DNA of 64,000 nt from Acutalibacteraceae bacterium (GTDB lineage Bacteria > Bacillota > Clostridia > Oscillospirales > Acutalibacteraceae). The first letter of the stretch is position 1. The number at the start of each line of letters is the position of its first letter. The stretch covers positions 28,949-92,948 of the forward strand of contig JAZSQD010000127.1 of NCBI GenBank assembly GCA_045537815.1. Direction: 5' to 3'. The notes beneath the pieces are model-generated. The model was not told where the DNA came from. It saw only the letters and a list, made by a program, of their open reading frames with translations, and did not search any database. A program made the translations under genes and the position numbers. This document shows positions 24,984-34,225 of this stretch, piece by piece.

Positions 24984-26411
24984 TTATTCAGCAATAACCT
25001 GCTTATACATCTTGATATATTCACTTGCGCTCTTGCCCCAGCTGTAATCGCATTCGATTGCACGGACAACAAGAGTATCCCAGTATTCTCTGTTCCAATA
25101 AGCGTCAAGACCGCGTCTTATTGCACCGAGCATATCGTGGGCGTTGTAGGTCTTGAAGGTGAAGCCGTTACCCTCGCCGTCGCCGCTGTCTGTGATTGAG
25201 TCACGAAGACCGCCTGTCTCACGGACGATGGGTACAGTGCCGTAACGGAGAGCTACCATCTGCGAAAGTCCGCAGGGCTCACTCTTGGAGGGCATGAGGA
25301 AGAGGTCTGCACCTGCATAAATCTTTCTTGCAAGAGAGGGAACAAAGCCAATCTTCACGCCCATCTTGTCGGGATACTTAGCAGCCATTTCCTTAAAGAA
25401 ATTCTCATACTGCCAGTCACCTGAGCCGACGATAGCAAACTGCACATCTGTTGTGTAAAGAAGCTCGTCAAGAATACCCTTGATAAGGTCGAGTCCCTTG
25501 TGGGAAACAAGTCTTGAAACAAGGCCGATAACGGGTACGTCTGCTCTTTCGGGAAGACCGAGCTCCTTTTGAAGCTCTGCCTTACAAGCCGCCTTGCCTT
25601 TCTTTACATCCTTTACGGTGTAATTCTTTGCAATAGCCTTATCTGTTTCCGGGTCATAGTTGATAACATCGATACCGTTGAGAATACCCTGCAGCTTCCA
25701 CTGACGCTCACGCAGAATAGTATCAAGACCGTGGCTATACCAGGGGTCGAGAATCTCGTTTGCATAAGAAGGAGAAACTGTTGTGACCTTGTTTGCACAT
25801 TCGATTGCGCCCTTCATAAAGTTAACGTCGCCGTCGTATTCAACAAGACCTGCCGCTTCGGGAGTAAGACCGATAACATCGTTTACAAGCTCCATACCGT
25901 AGGTGCCCTGATACTGAATGTTGTGAATGGTGAATACGGTCTTTATGCCGTGGTACCAGGGGTCCTTACTGTAAAAGGCTGAGTAGAACACGGGTGTAAG
26001 TGCGCTCTGCCAGTCATTACAGTGAATAATGTCGGGCTTGAAATCGATAACGGGAAGAATCTCAAGCACGGCACGGGCAAAGAAGGTGAATCTTTCCGCA
26101 TCGTCATAGTGGCCGTAAATGGTATCTCTCTTGAAATAGTACTGATTATCGATAAAGTAGTAGATGACGCCTTCGTGCTTTGCCTGGAAGATACCGCAGT
26201 ACTGTCTTCTCCATGCAACAGGAACCGAAATGTTTGTGATAAATGTCATCTTATCCTTAAGCTCCTGCTTGATTGTGTCATACATCGGCATAACCACTCT
26301 GCAGCCGATGAGTCTTTTTCTTAATGCCTGGGGGAGTGAGCCTGCAACATCACCCAGACCGCCGCTTGCCATAAAGGGCAGGGCTTCGCTGGTTACGTAT
26401 AATACTTTCAT
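24984..26411 (-). CDS. glgA: Glycogen synthase (ADP-glucose type)
   Basis: 475 aa, starting MKVLYVTSEALPFMASGGLGDVAGSLPQAL, with GT5/GT1 C-terminal motifs. Confidence 0.95.
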   Translation of the reverse strand: MKVLYVTSEALPFMASGGLGDVAGSLPQALRKRLIGCRVVMPMYDTIKQELKDKMTFITNISVPVAWRRQYCGIFQAKHEGVIYYFIDNQYYFKRDTIYGHYDDAERFTFFARAVLEILPVIDFKPDIIHCNDWQSALTPVFYSAFYSKDPWYHGIKTVFTIHNIQYQGTYGMELVNDVIGLTPEAAGLVEYDGDVNFMKGAIECANKVTTVSPSYANEILDPWYSHGLDTILRERQWKLQGILNGIDVINYDPETDKAIAKNYTVKDVKKGKAACKAELQKELGLPERADVPVIGLVSRLVSHKGLDLIKGILDELLYTTDVQFAIVGSGDWQYENFFKEMAAKYPDKMGVKIGFVPSLARKIYAGADLFLMPSKSEPCGLSQMVALRYGTVPIVRETGGLRDSITDSGDGEGNGFTFKTYNAHDMLGAIRRGLDAYWNREYWDTLVVRAIECDYSWGKSASEYIKMYKQVIAE

Positions 26412-26434
26412 TTTATTATTTTCCTTTCAGTGAG

Positions 26435-26899
26435 GAGGAAGAAGTAGTCAGTAGCCAGTAGTCAGTAGTCAGGATTCTAGTTTAACTATAAGTGTGTTGA
26501 GCATTCTCGCAACTTCTTTGCATAAATCAAAAGCTCTATCCGCTTGTTCCTGCGTTATAAAACCCTGCCGTATACAAATTATCAATTGTGTTTCAATCTC
26601 AGCTCTTGAGCTTCTTGCCACAGACAAAAACTGACTGTACTCTTTTTTTGATTTTCTCTCATAGCCTTCTGCAATATTTGACGGGATAGAAACTGCTGCT
26701 CTTCTCATCTGATCGGAAAGAGCGAACATTTCTTCTTTTGGCAAAAGTTTTACAATCTTATAAGTTTCGTCCACTAAATCCATAGACCTCTGCCAGACTA
26801 TCAAGTCTTTGCAACCGTTTATATATCTTCACCTCGTCTCAAAATGCACCGTAGGTGCATCTCTGACTACTGACTACTGACTACTGACTACTCTTCCTC
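26435..26899. mobile_element. Inverted-repeat-flanked cassette carrying a four-helix-bundle gene, inserted in the glgD-glgA spacer
   Basis: IR-L is gaggaagaagtagtcagtagccagtagtcagtagtcag (26435-26471). The reverse complement of IR-R (26863-26899) is agaggaagagtagtcagtagtcagtagtcagtagtcag. By hand alignment the two match apart from one indel and about two substitutions. The cassette lies 15 nt after the glgD stop and about 20 nt before the glgA SD. Confidence 0.8.
26469..26804 (-). CDS. Four-helix-bundle protein (23S rRNA intervening-sequence protein / Avd-like family)
   Basis: Carries the family motifs (DL)IVWQRSMDLV...LPKEE...L.DQMRRAAVSIPSNIAEGYER.SKKEY.QFL.VARSS.AEIETQL. The only available start is a TTG inside the conserved DLIVWQ motif, with no clear SD. 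The N-terminus is therefore shorter than the family norm and the gene may be decaying. Confidence 0.75.
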   Translation of the reverse strand: MIVWQRSMDLVDETYKIVKLLPKEEMFALSDQMRRAAVSIPSNIAEGYERKSKKEYSQFLSVARSSRAEIETQLIICIRQGFITQEQADRAFDLCKEVARMLNTLIVKLES

Positions 26900-26916
26900 T
26901 GCGTTATCTGTAAAGA

Positions 26917-28026
26917 TTAAACCGTAATATTCTTTCCGACGTAAATCGGATAGGTTTCTGCGCCGCTGATTTCACGGGCGGGCTTGATTACAACATTCTT
27001 ATCAAGGATAGCACAGTTTACCTTTGCGTTGGCACTGATATAGCAGTCCTGCATAAGAATTGAGTTTTTGACAACTGCACCCTCGGCAACATATACGCCT
27101 CTCGAGAGGATTGAGTTTTCAACAGTACCCTTGATTATGCAGCCGTCGGAAACGAGTGAGCCTGATGCCTTTGAGCATATGCCGTAAATTGCGGGCATAT
27201 CGTCTCTTTCCTTTGTATAAACCGGCTTGTTTGCAGCAAAGAGATCTCTGTATTCACCTGAAAGAAGCTGCATGCTGATATCATAGTAGCTCTGGAGTGA
27301 ATCAATGGTCTTTGCATAGGAGTCAATTTTGTGGCCTCTTATCTTGAGTGTATTGACCTTAGCGGCAATTATATCTCTTTCAAAGCTCTTATATCCAAAA
27401 ATTACTAACTCACGGATAAGCTGAAGAAGGAGTGCTCTTGACATAACAATTATGTTCAGAGAATAGTCGCAGGCACTGTCTGAAGCCTCGCCTACGCTTA
27501 CTGCCGTGATTCTGTCACCGTCAAGTGTAAAGCTCATAGTGTTGTGAAGCTTGGGAGCAACACCTCTCTTATAAGCAACGGTGATATCTGCACCTGAAGC
27601 GATGTGACCGTCGATAATTTCGGTGTAATCGAGATTGCAGACAACGTTACAGTCAGCCAGAAGCACATAATCCTTACCTGACTTTGATATGTATTCGTTA
27701 ATGCCCTTGAGAGCAGCAAGTCTTCCTATGTATCCGTCAGCATATGTTGTGTTGAAGGGAGGAAGGAAGGTAAGACCGTCTCTTTTTCTTGAAAGGTCCC
27801 AGGGCTTGCCTGAGCCGAGATGGTCCATAAGTGACTGGAAGTTTGCCTTTGTGCTTACACCTACCTTGCCTATACCGCTGTTAACCATATTGGAAAGCAC
27901 AAAGTCGATAAGTCTGTATCTGCCTGCAAAGGGTACAGAGCCCATGGTGCGTACACTTGTGAGCTCACTTAAATATTCATCGTATACATTTGAATATACA
28001 ATACCTAAAACATTTGATGCGTACAT
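26917..28026 (-). CDS. glgD: Glucose-1-phosphate adenylyltransferase regulatory subunit GlgD
   Basis: 369 aa, a GlgC paralogue lacking the GGxGxRL motif and followed by left-handed beta-helix repeats. Its start shares a single nucleotide with the glgC stop codon. Confidence 0.9.
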   Translation of the reverse strand: MYASNVLGIVYSNVYDEYLSELTSVRTMGSVPFAGRYRLIDFVLSNMVNSGIGKVGVSTKANFQSLMDHLGSGKPWDLSRKRDGLTFLPPFNTTYADGYIGRLAALKGINEYISKSGKDYVLLADCNVVCNLDYTEIIDGHIASGADITVAYKRGVAPKLHNTMSFTLDGDRITAVSVGEASDSACDYSLNIIVMSRALLLQLIRELVIFGYKSFERDIIAAKVNTLKIRGHKIDSYAKTIDSLQSYYDISMQLLSGEYRDLFAANKPVYTKERDDMPAIYGICSKASGSLVSDGCIIKGTVENSILSRGVYVAEGAVVKNSILMQDCYISANAKVNCAILDKNVVIKPAREISGAETYPIYVGKNITV

Positions 28027-29240
28027 TATTTAACCCCCTCTACGTCTGTGTCGATCATTTCCTTTGCCTTGACTGCGGCACCCTTGCCGATTGTTACCTT
28101 TTCACCGATAACGGTTACGCCCCAGTTATCAAGATTTTCAATTGCCTCGGGGCTTTCACCGATGTGAGCACCCTCTTCGATAACTGCGTTTTCGGCTACG
28201 ATTGCATATTCAACAACCGCGCCCTTCTTTACTGTTGTGCCGGGCATAATGATTGAATATTTAACTGTTGCACCTTCTTCAACATTTACGTTTGAGAAGA
28301 GAATAGAGTAATCAACATTACCTGCTATGTAACAGCCCTCGCCGATCATTGAATTTTCAACCTTGGCGGTTTTGTCTGTGAAGTGGGGAGGTGCAACGGG
28401 ATTTCTTGAATAGATTCTCCAGCTGTCATCGGAAAGGTCAAGGTCAACCTTGGGATTGAGAAGATCAAGGTTTGCTTCCCAGAGACTTTCGATTGTTCCG
28501 ACGTCCTTCCAGTAGCCGTCAAACTTATATGCAAACATTCTCTCGCCTGCCTGATGCATTGCGGGGATAACGTTGTGACCGAAGTCGTTGTGTGATTCGG
28601 GGTCTGCCTCATCGTCGATAAGGTACTGGCGAAGCTTGCTCCAGGTGAAGATGTAAACGCCCATTGAAGCTTTGTTGCTCTTGGGATTCTTGGGCTTTTC
28701 CTCGAAGGCTGTGATTGAGCCGTCATCGTCTACAAACATAAGACCGAAGCGGGAAGCCTCCTCCCAGGGTACCTCAAGCATAGCGATTGTGCAGGCGGCA
28801 TCCTTTTCCTTGTGATAACGGAGCATCTTGTTGTAATCCATCTTATAGATATGGTCACCTGAAAGAACAGCTACGTATTCGGGATTGTATCTGTCGATGA
28901 AGTTGATATTCTGATAAATTGCGTTTGCTGTGCCCTTATACCATTCTGTGCCCTTAATCTGCTGATAGGGTGAAAGCACGTGAACACCGCCGTAGGAACG
29001 GTCAAGATCCCAGGGCTGACCGTTGCCGATGTAATCGTTAAGCTCGAGGGGCTGATACTGAGTAAGTATACCCACAGTTTCGATACCTGAGTTGATGCAG
29101 TTTGAAAGCGGGAAATCGATTATACGGTATTTACCGCCGTAAGGTACGGCAGGCTTTGCGATATTCTTTGTGAGTATGCCGAGTCTGCTGCCCTGTCCGC
29201 CTGCGAGAAGCATTGCGAGACATTCTGTTTTTTTGACCAT
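28026..29240 (-). CDS. glgC: Glucose-1-phosphate adenylyltransferase
   Basis: 404 aa with [43 protein letters not shown]. Confidence 0.95.
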   Translation of the reverse strand: MVKKTECLAMLLAGGQGSRLGILTKNIAKPAVPYGGKYRIIDFPLSNCINSGIETVGILTQYQPLELNDYIGNGQPWDLDRSYGGVHVLSPYQQIKGTEWYKGTANAIYQNINFIDRYNPEYVAVLSGDHIYKMDYNKMLRYHKEKDAACTIAMLEVPWEEASRFGLMFVDDDGSITAFEEKPKNPKSNKASMGVYIFTWSKLRQYLIDDEADPESHNDFGHNVIPAMHQAGERMFAYKFDGYWKDVGTIESLWEANLDLLNPKVDLDLSDDSWRIYSRNPVAPPHFTDKTAKVENSMIGEGCYIAGNVDYSILFSNVNVEEGATVKYSIIMPGTTVKKGAVVEYAIVAENAVIEEGAHIGESPEAIENLDNWGVTVIGEKVTIGKGAAVKAKEMIDTDVEGVK

Positions 29241-29284
29241 TTGAATTTCCTCCTGTCGTTTTTTTATATTGGTTAATTATAAGT

Positions 29285-29480
29285 TAAGTGAGTTTTTCAG
29301 GGGATTAGGTAACCCTCTCCGTCAGATGCCTTGCATCTGCCACCTCTCCCTGAGGGAGAGGCAAGAGTAAAGCAACTTGGTAAGAAGTATCTATCTTGGC
29401 TCTCCCTTTGGGAGAGCTGTCACGAAGTGACTGAGAGGGTATCCCTTGCTACTTGCTACTTACTACTTGCTACTTGCTAC
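29285..29480. repeat. Composite intergenic element: degenerate gggattagg, a multi-hairpin CTCTCCC/GGGAGAG module, then (TTGCTAC)x5
   Basis: Closing stem accctctc (29312-19) / gagagggt (29433-40) encloses four hairpins at 29323-39, 29343-61, 29399-417 and 29419-31. The heptamer array spans 29446-29480. Confidence 0.8.
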
Positions 29481-31368
29481 TTTTCTTAGGCTTATACTTA
29501 AGCAGAGTGAAGCTGAAGCCGGGCAAATCAAGAGTGATGCTGTTATCGAAGCCGTGCATAGGCACCTTCTTTGAGGTCGCTCTCTTACTGCCCTTGCCCT
29601 CGCCGCCGAATTCCTCGGCATCAGAGGAAAGGATAACCTCGTATACACCCTCTCTTTCCACACCGAAGGAGTATTTCTCCCTCATAACCGGCGTGAGATT
29701 ACATACTGCCACAAGCTCGTTGCCTTTTTTGTCTTTTCTTGCGAATGCGATAACACTGTTCTGATTGTCGTCACTCACAAGCCACTTGAAGCCCTCCCAG
29801 CTGTAATCAATTTCCCAGAAGGCGGGATTTTTAAGATAGATGTGATTGAGCTTCTTTACATAAGCCTTGAGCTGACGGTGCTTTTCATAGCCGAGAAGCA
29901 GCCAGTCAAGCTCACTGTCATACTTCCATTCGATAAACTGACCGAATTCCTGACCCATAAAGGTAAGCTTCTTACCCGGGTGAGCCATAAGGTAGCCGAG
30001 GAATGAACGTATGCCGCTGAATTTTTCCTCATATTCTCCCGGCATCTTGCCGATAAGTGAGCATTTTCCGTGAACAACCTCATCGTGTGAAATGGGAAGG
30101 ATAAAGTTTTCGGAAAAAGCATAGAAGAAGGAGAAGGTGAGAAGATTATGGTTATACTTTCTTGAAAGACCGTCCATCGAGAAATATCTCAGGGCGTCAT
30201 TCATCCAGCCCATATTCCATTTGAAGTTGAAGCCGAGGCCGCCGATATCCGTGGGCTTTGTCACAAGAGGCCAGGCAGTGCTTTCCTCGGCAATCATCAG
30301 GGGATTTTTAAACTCGCGGAAGATACCTGAGTTAAGCTTCCTGAGAAATTCAACAGCCTCAAGATTTTCGTTGCCGCCGTACTTGTTGGCAATCCATTCG
30401 CCGTCCTTTCTGCCGTAGTCAAGATAAAGCATTGAAGCAACTGCGTCAACACGAAGTCCGTCAATGTGATATTTATCCATCCAGAAGGCGGCCGATGAGG
30501 TAAGGAAGGAAATAACCTCGTTTCTGCCGAAGTCGAATATCTTTGTGCCCCAATCCTTATGCTCGCCCTTTTTCGGGTCCTTGTATTCGTAGCAGGCTTC
30601 ACCGTCAAAGTCAGCAAGTCCGTGTTCATCTCTCGGGAAGTGGGCAGGCACCCAGTCGAGAATAACGGAAATACCGTTCTGATGACACTTATCAACAAAG
30701 TACATAAGGTCGTCGGGAGTACCGTAGCGGGAGGTTGCGGCAAAGTAGCCGATTACCTGATATCCCCATGAGCCGTCGAAGGGATATTCGCTAAGGGGCA
30801 TAAGCTCAATGTGAGTGTAGCCCATATCCTTGACGTAGGGTACAAGACTTTCGGCAAGATCTCTGTAAGAATAAGGGTTGCCGTCCTCGTGAATTTTCCA
30901 CGAGCCTGCGTGCACCTCATAGATATTCATCGGAGACTCGTAAACGTTTATATTCGCCTTTTCTTTTTGCCATTTGCTGTCCTTCCACTTGTATGATCCC
31001 AGCTCATAAATCTTTGAGGCGGTCTCAGGCCTTGTCTGTGAGTGGAAGGCATAGGGGTCGCACTTGGCTGTTTTTTTGCCCGAGGGTGCCGTAACGAGGA
31101 ATTTGTAGCAGTCATACTGCTTTACTCCTTCAAGATAGCATTCCCACATTCCCGCATCGTTGATTTTTGTCATGGTGCCCTTTGATTCATCCCAGCCGTT
31201 AAAGTCACCTATAACGCTGACCGCCGCGGCGTGGGGAGCCCATACACGGAAAGAGAAAAGCTTATCGGTAACCCTGTGAGCGCCCATGTATTCGTAGGCC
31301 TTCATATTGTTGCCCTGATGAAACAGATAAAGGGCAACATCGTCACCTTTGGGTTTCTTTTCTGTCAT
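29470..31368 (-). CDS. glgB: 1,4-alpha-glucan branching enzyme
   Basis: 632 aa with a GH13 catalytic core ([28 protein letters not shown]). Its last codons, AGT AGC AAG TAG, lie inside the AGTAGCA heptamer array. Confidence 0.95.
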   Translation of the reverse strand: MTEKKPKGDDVALYLFHQGNNMKAYEYMGAHRVTDKLFSFRVWAPHAAAVSVIGDFNGWDESKGTMTKINDAGMWECYLEGVKQYDCYKFLVTAPSGKKTAKCDPYAFHSQTRPETASKIYELGSYKWKDSKWQKEKANINVYESPMNIYEVHAGSWKIHEDGNPYSYRDLAESLVPYVKDMGYTHIELMPLSEYPFDGSWGYQVIGYFAATSRYGTPDDLMYFVDKCHQNGISVILDWVPAHFPRDEHGLADFDGEACYEYKDPKKGEHKDWGTKIFDFGRNEVISFLTSSAAFWMDKYHIDGLRVDAVASMLYLDYGRKDGEWIANKYGGNENLEAVEFLRKLNSGIFREFKNPLMIAEESTAWPLVTKPTDIGGLGFNFKWNMGWMNDALRYFSMDGLSRKYNHNLLTFSFFYAFSENFILPISHDEVVHGKCSLIGKMPGEYEEKFSGIRSFLGYLMAHPGKKLTFMGQEFGQFIEWKYDSELDWLLLGYEKHRQLKAYVKKLNHIYLKNPAFWEIDYSWEGFKWLVSDDNQNSVIAFARKDKKGNELVAVCNLTPVMREKYSFGVEREGVYEVILSSDAEEFGGEGKGSKRATSKKVPMHGFDNSITLDLPGFSFTLLKYKPKKSSK

Positions 31369-31606
31369 TGTTACACCTCTCTTTAAAAAAAGATAGTTCT
31401 ACACATAGTCCATAATATCACTAATGTATCGGGATTTCAATAGTTTTTTGTTATTCTGTTACAAGTTGATAAATCTTCCCCTAAATCTTTTGTATAATTT
31501 TACCTAATATTTTCCACATGGCAGGGGCTGATTCTTGCAAATGACGATGTTGTGTAATATCTAATGGTTTTTTTCTCTCTACTTTTTAATAAAAGGCAAA
31601 ACTAAA

Positions 31607-31639
31607 GAGCCGGTTATCGGTGTTACCCGATCCGGCTCC
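31607..31639 (-). terminator. Terminator of the TIR-domain gene
   Basis: On the minus strand: ggagccgg-atcgggtaacaccgat-aaccggctc, followed by tttagttttgcctttt. Confidence 0.7.
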
Positions 31640-31667
31640 TTAAGCTTTTTAAGCAGATATTCAACTC

Positions 31668-34151
31668 TTAATCAAAAAACATGCGTCCGTCTTCAGAATG
31701 GTTAAGCGCTTTAAAGAATTCATCCTCTGCAATAAGGCTGAGGAATGCTTGATGATCTCTTTCGATTCTTCCGCCCTGGAAAATACCGTAAATGTAGGGA
31801 TATCCTGTTACAGGCTCGTCGCTTGAATACATATATTCAAAGTTCTTTGCAAAGAAGACTCTTGCTCTCTCGTCGCCCTGCTCATTGATGAAATAAATTG
31901 AAACGGTGTCAAAGAAGCAGTTTTCAAAATCAATTGTCTCATAAAGCTTCTTTGAAGCAGCAACCATGTTCTCAGGAAGCTTTTCGTCAACGGCGAAGTC
32001 TAGACCTATTCTGAGATTTCCGCCGATTTCTTCGATAAATCTTACAGGGTAGGCTTCTTCTATTATCTTGCGGGTTTCTTCCTTAAGGAAAACATCTCCG
32101 AATTCCTTGTCTTCCTCGCTGAAGGTGTAGCCCTCAAGAGTGAGATAAATATCAAGACTGTTTTCATATATCGCCAGAGCAAGAGCAGGAAGCCAGCTGC
32201 TGTTTTCCTCAGCACCCTCAAGACAGGTGAAAACAAAGCTGTCACCCTCAACCGCCTTTGCTCTGAGAATGGGCATTGTCGAGGTTTTATCGACTATATA
32301 GATTTCATCCTTGCCCTCTGCCTGTGCCGCCTTGCAGAGATTTGCAAAAAGAGTCTTGTCACCTTCGGTCATGGCAGTGACCTTAAGTGCGGTAACACCG
32401 TCCGCCTCAGTAAGCTCAACATATTTATCCTTGCTGTAGGATATGGGAACAGAAGCCTGGGTATAGCCTGCGATAAAGGAAATTCCCGTTGAGCAAAGCA
32501 CTGAAAGAACACCGTTGTTGAGCTTGTCGGGTGACATCTTTACAACAATGAGATAGGGATCATTGATTCCGTAGCCGAGGGCGTAGGGCTCACCGAAGGT
32601 ATCAAGTCGGTTTTTAAGGCTTGTTAAGGTGTCAAGCCATTTGCCTTCGGATACGTTACCGTATTCTGAGCCACGGTAGCTCACGGAAATGGTTTCACCC
32701 TTGATTTCACTGTAGTTTTTCTGATTTGCACCGAAAAGTGCGCCCTCTTCAGACTTTTCCCAGTGGGCTGCAATATCTATATTTACTATAAGACTTGCGG
32801 CTGGATGCTCTGTGGTCATGTTGTTGATAAGCACCTCGTTGAGAGTGGGATGTCTGTCATCGTTGAGAATATAATATACGCCCTGCTTGTCTGCCTTGTA
32901 GGTGTCAAAATAGTAATAGCTGTCCGTCATTTCCACCTTATCCTGAGCAAACACAAGCTCATCGCCGAAAATCTCTATTTCTTCTTTGTTTTTCTTAAGG
33001 TAATCTGACTTGAGCACTACCTCTATGTATTCATAATTTTCCTTGTCCTGTACATTGTCTTCGTTAATCTCAGGCTCCCCGGGTATTTTACCCTTGAGAA
33101 GCTTAACCGACTCGATGTTTTCGGGGGCTACCTCTATCTGAGCTACCTCGGGAGCTTCGCTTGACCAACGGTTAGTTGTAAGATAAAGCCTTGCGGCTCT
33201 TGAAACATAGCACTTGATCATATCGGTTGCGGTAAGCTCACCGAAAAGCTCAAAGGGAACGATAAGGTCAACCGTATCACCCTCAACCTTTATTGAATAC
33301 CTCTGCCCGTCAGCAATAATATCCATTCTGTCCTTTACGGTTTCAGAGGCGGTCTTGAATTCTGCGGCGGTCATATTTTCGGGTGCGCTGAGAACGATAT
33401 GATATTTATACTCCATATCTGAGTACCAGAGATAATTATCGAGAGCAACCGCACCTGCAGAAACACCGATAACACCGACGAAGGCAAGGGCAACGATGCC
33501 GCCTGCCGTGGTTTTATTAATTCTAAACCCCTTAAGAGCTTTTTTTCTGAAAACAAACAGAGGGATAAAGCCGATTACAGCCGCAATAACAGCCCCGATA
33601 AGCTTAACCGCCATACCGAAGGACGAAAATACAACAAGATAAGCGGCGGCGGCAGCGCAAAGCCAGAGCCAGATAACAGAAAGAGTAAGCTTAAGACCGT
33701 AAAGCGGTTTTTTCGGCTTCTTATCATCTTCTTCGTCATCCTCATCTTCTCTATCAGGCTTAGGCACAGCCTTTTCAATATCGCTTACAAGCTTTGCCAC
33801 TCTGGAAGCATCGTACTGGAACATGCAGTGAATTGTGGCAAGATAATACTTGATGGTATCGCTGTATTCAGAATCGTCAAGCCTTATGGGGATAACGGGC
33901 ACCTGATTTTCAATAGCAAGCTGGATTTCACGGCTGACCTGACCCGAATGGTTTGAGTTGCCGCTTGAAAGGAAAAGAAAAACCGAGGAGTTCATAATAG
34001 CCTTTGAAATTTCACCCGCCCATTCCTTACCGTAGGGAATATCTCTGGGTGCAATCCAGCATTTCATATCGTTACTTTCAAGAGCGTCACAAATTATGGT
34101 TGCCGTTTTCGAATCCTTGCTCGAATGACTGATAAAAATTCTTTTCTCCAT
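31668..34151 (-). CDS. Membrane-anchored TIR-domain protein: N-terminal TIR, acidic linker, three predicted TM helices and a roughly 590-aa C-terminal ectodomain
   Basis: The N-terminus IFISHSSKDSKTATIICDALESNDMKCWIAPRDIPYGKEWAGEISKAIMNSSVFLFLSSGNSNHSGQVSREIQLAIE fits the bacterial TIR_2 pattern (FISxS...W...G..W...I.....S..S..S.W...E), with the candidate catalytic Glu at residue 75. Hydrophobic segments are LKLTLSVIWLWLCAAAAAYLVVF, MAVKLIGAVIAAVIGFIPLFVF and GGIVALAFVGVIGVSAGAVAL. Confidence 0.8.
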   Translation of the reverse strand: MEKRIFISHSSKDSKTATIICDALESNDMKCWIAPRDIPYGKEWAGEISKAIMNSSVFLFLSSGNSNHSGQVSREIQLAIENQVPVIPIRLDDSEYSDTIKYYLATIHCMFQYDASRVAKLVSDIEKAVPKPDREDEDDEEDDKKPKKPLYGLKLTLSVIWLWLCAAAAAYLVVFSSFGMAVKLIGAVIAAVIGFIPLFVFRKKALKGFRINKTTAGGIVALAFVGVIGVSAGAVALDNYLWYSDMEYKYHIVLSAPENMTAAEFKTASETVKDRMDIIADGQRYSIKVEGDTVDLIVPFELFGELTATDMIKCYVSRAARLYLTTNRWSSEAPEVAQIEVAPENIESVKLLKGKIPGEPEINEDNVQDKENYEYIEVVLKSDYLKKNKEEIEIFGDELVFAQDKVEMTDSYYYFDTYKADKQGVYYILNDDRHPTLNEVLINNMTTEHPAASLIVNIDIAAHWEKSEEGALFGANQKNYSEIKGETISVSYRGSEYGNVSEGKWLDTLTSLKNRLDTFGEPYALGYGINDPYLIVVKMSPDKLNNGVLSVLCSTGISFIAGYTQASVPISYSKDKYVELTEADGVTALKVTAMTEGDKTLFANLCKAAQAEGKDEIYIVDKTSTMPILRAKAVEGDSFVFTCLEGAEENSSWLPALALAIYENSLDIYLTLEGYTFSEEDKEFGDVFLKEETRKIIEEAYPVRFIEEIGGNLRIGLDFAVDEKLPENMVAASKKLYETIDFENCFFDTVSIYFINEQGDERARVFFAKNFEYMYSSDEPVTGYPYIYGIFQGGRIERDHQAFLSLIAEDEFFKALNHSEDGRMFFD

Positions 34152-34185
34152 TTTTACTCTCCGTAAAAGTTATTTGATAAACCCG

Positions 34186-34214
34186 ATTATATCACAGTCC
34201 TTCAGGTTTGACAA
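34186..34214 (-). promoter_or_regulatory. Putative sigma-A promoter of the TIR gene
   Basis: On the minus strand: TTGTCA (34214-09), a 17-nt spacer, then TGtgaTATAAT (extended -10; TATAAT at 34191-86). Confidence 0.55.
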
Positions 34215-34225
34215 GTGCTTGAGGA

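Noticed and set aside
26469-26804. An Avd-family four-helix-bundle gene could mark a diversity-generating retroelement.
   Set aside because: There is no reverse transcriptase gene. I also saw no template/variable repeat pair with adenine-specific differences in the window.
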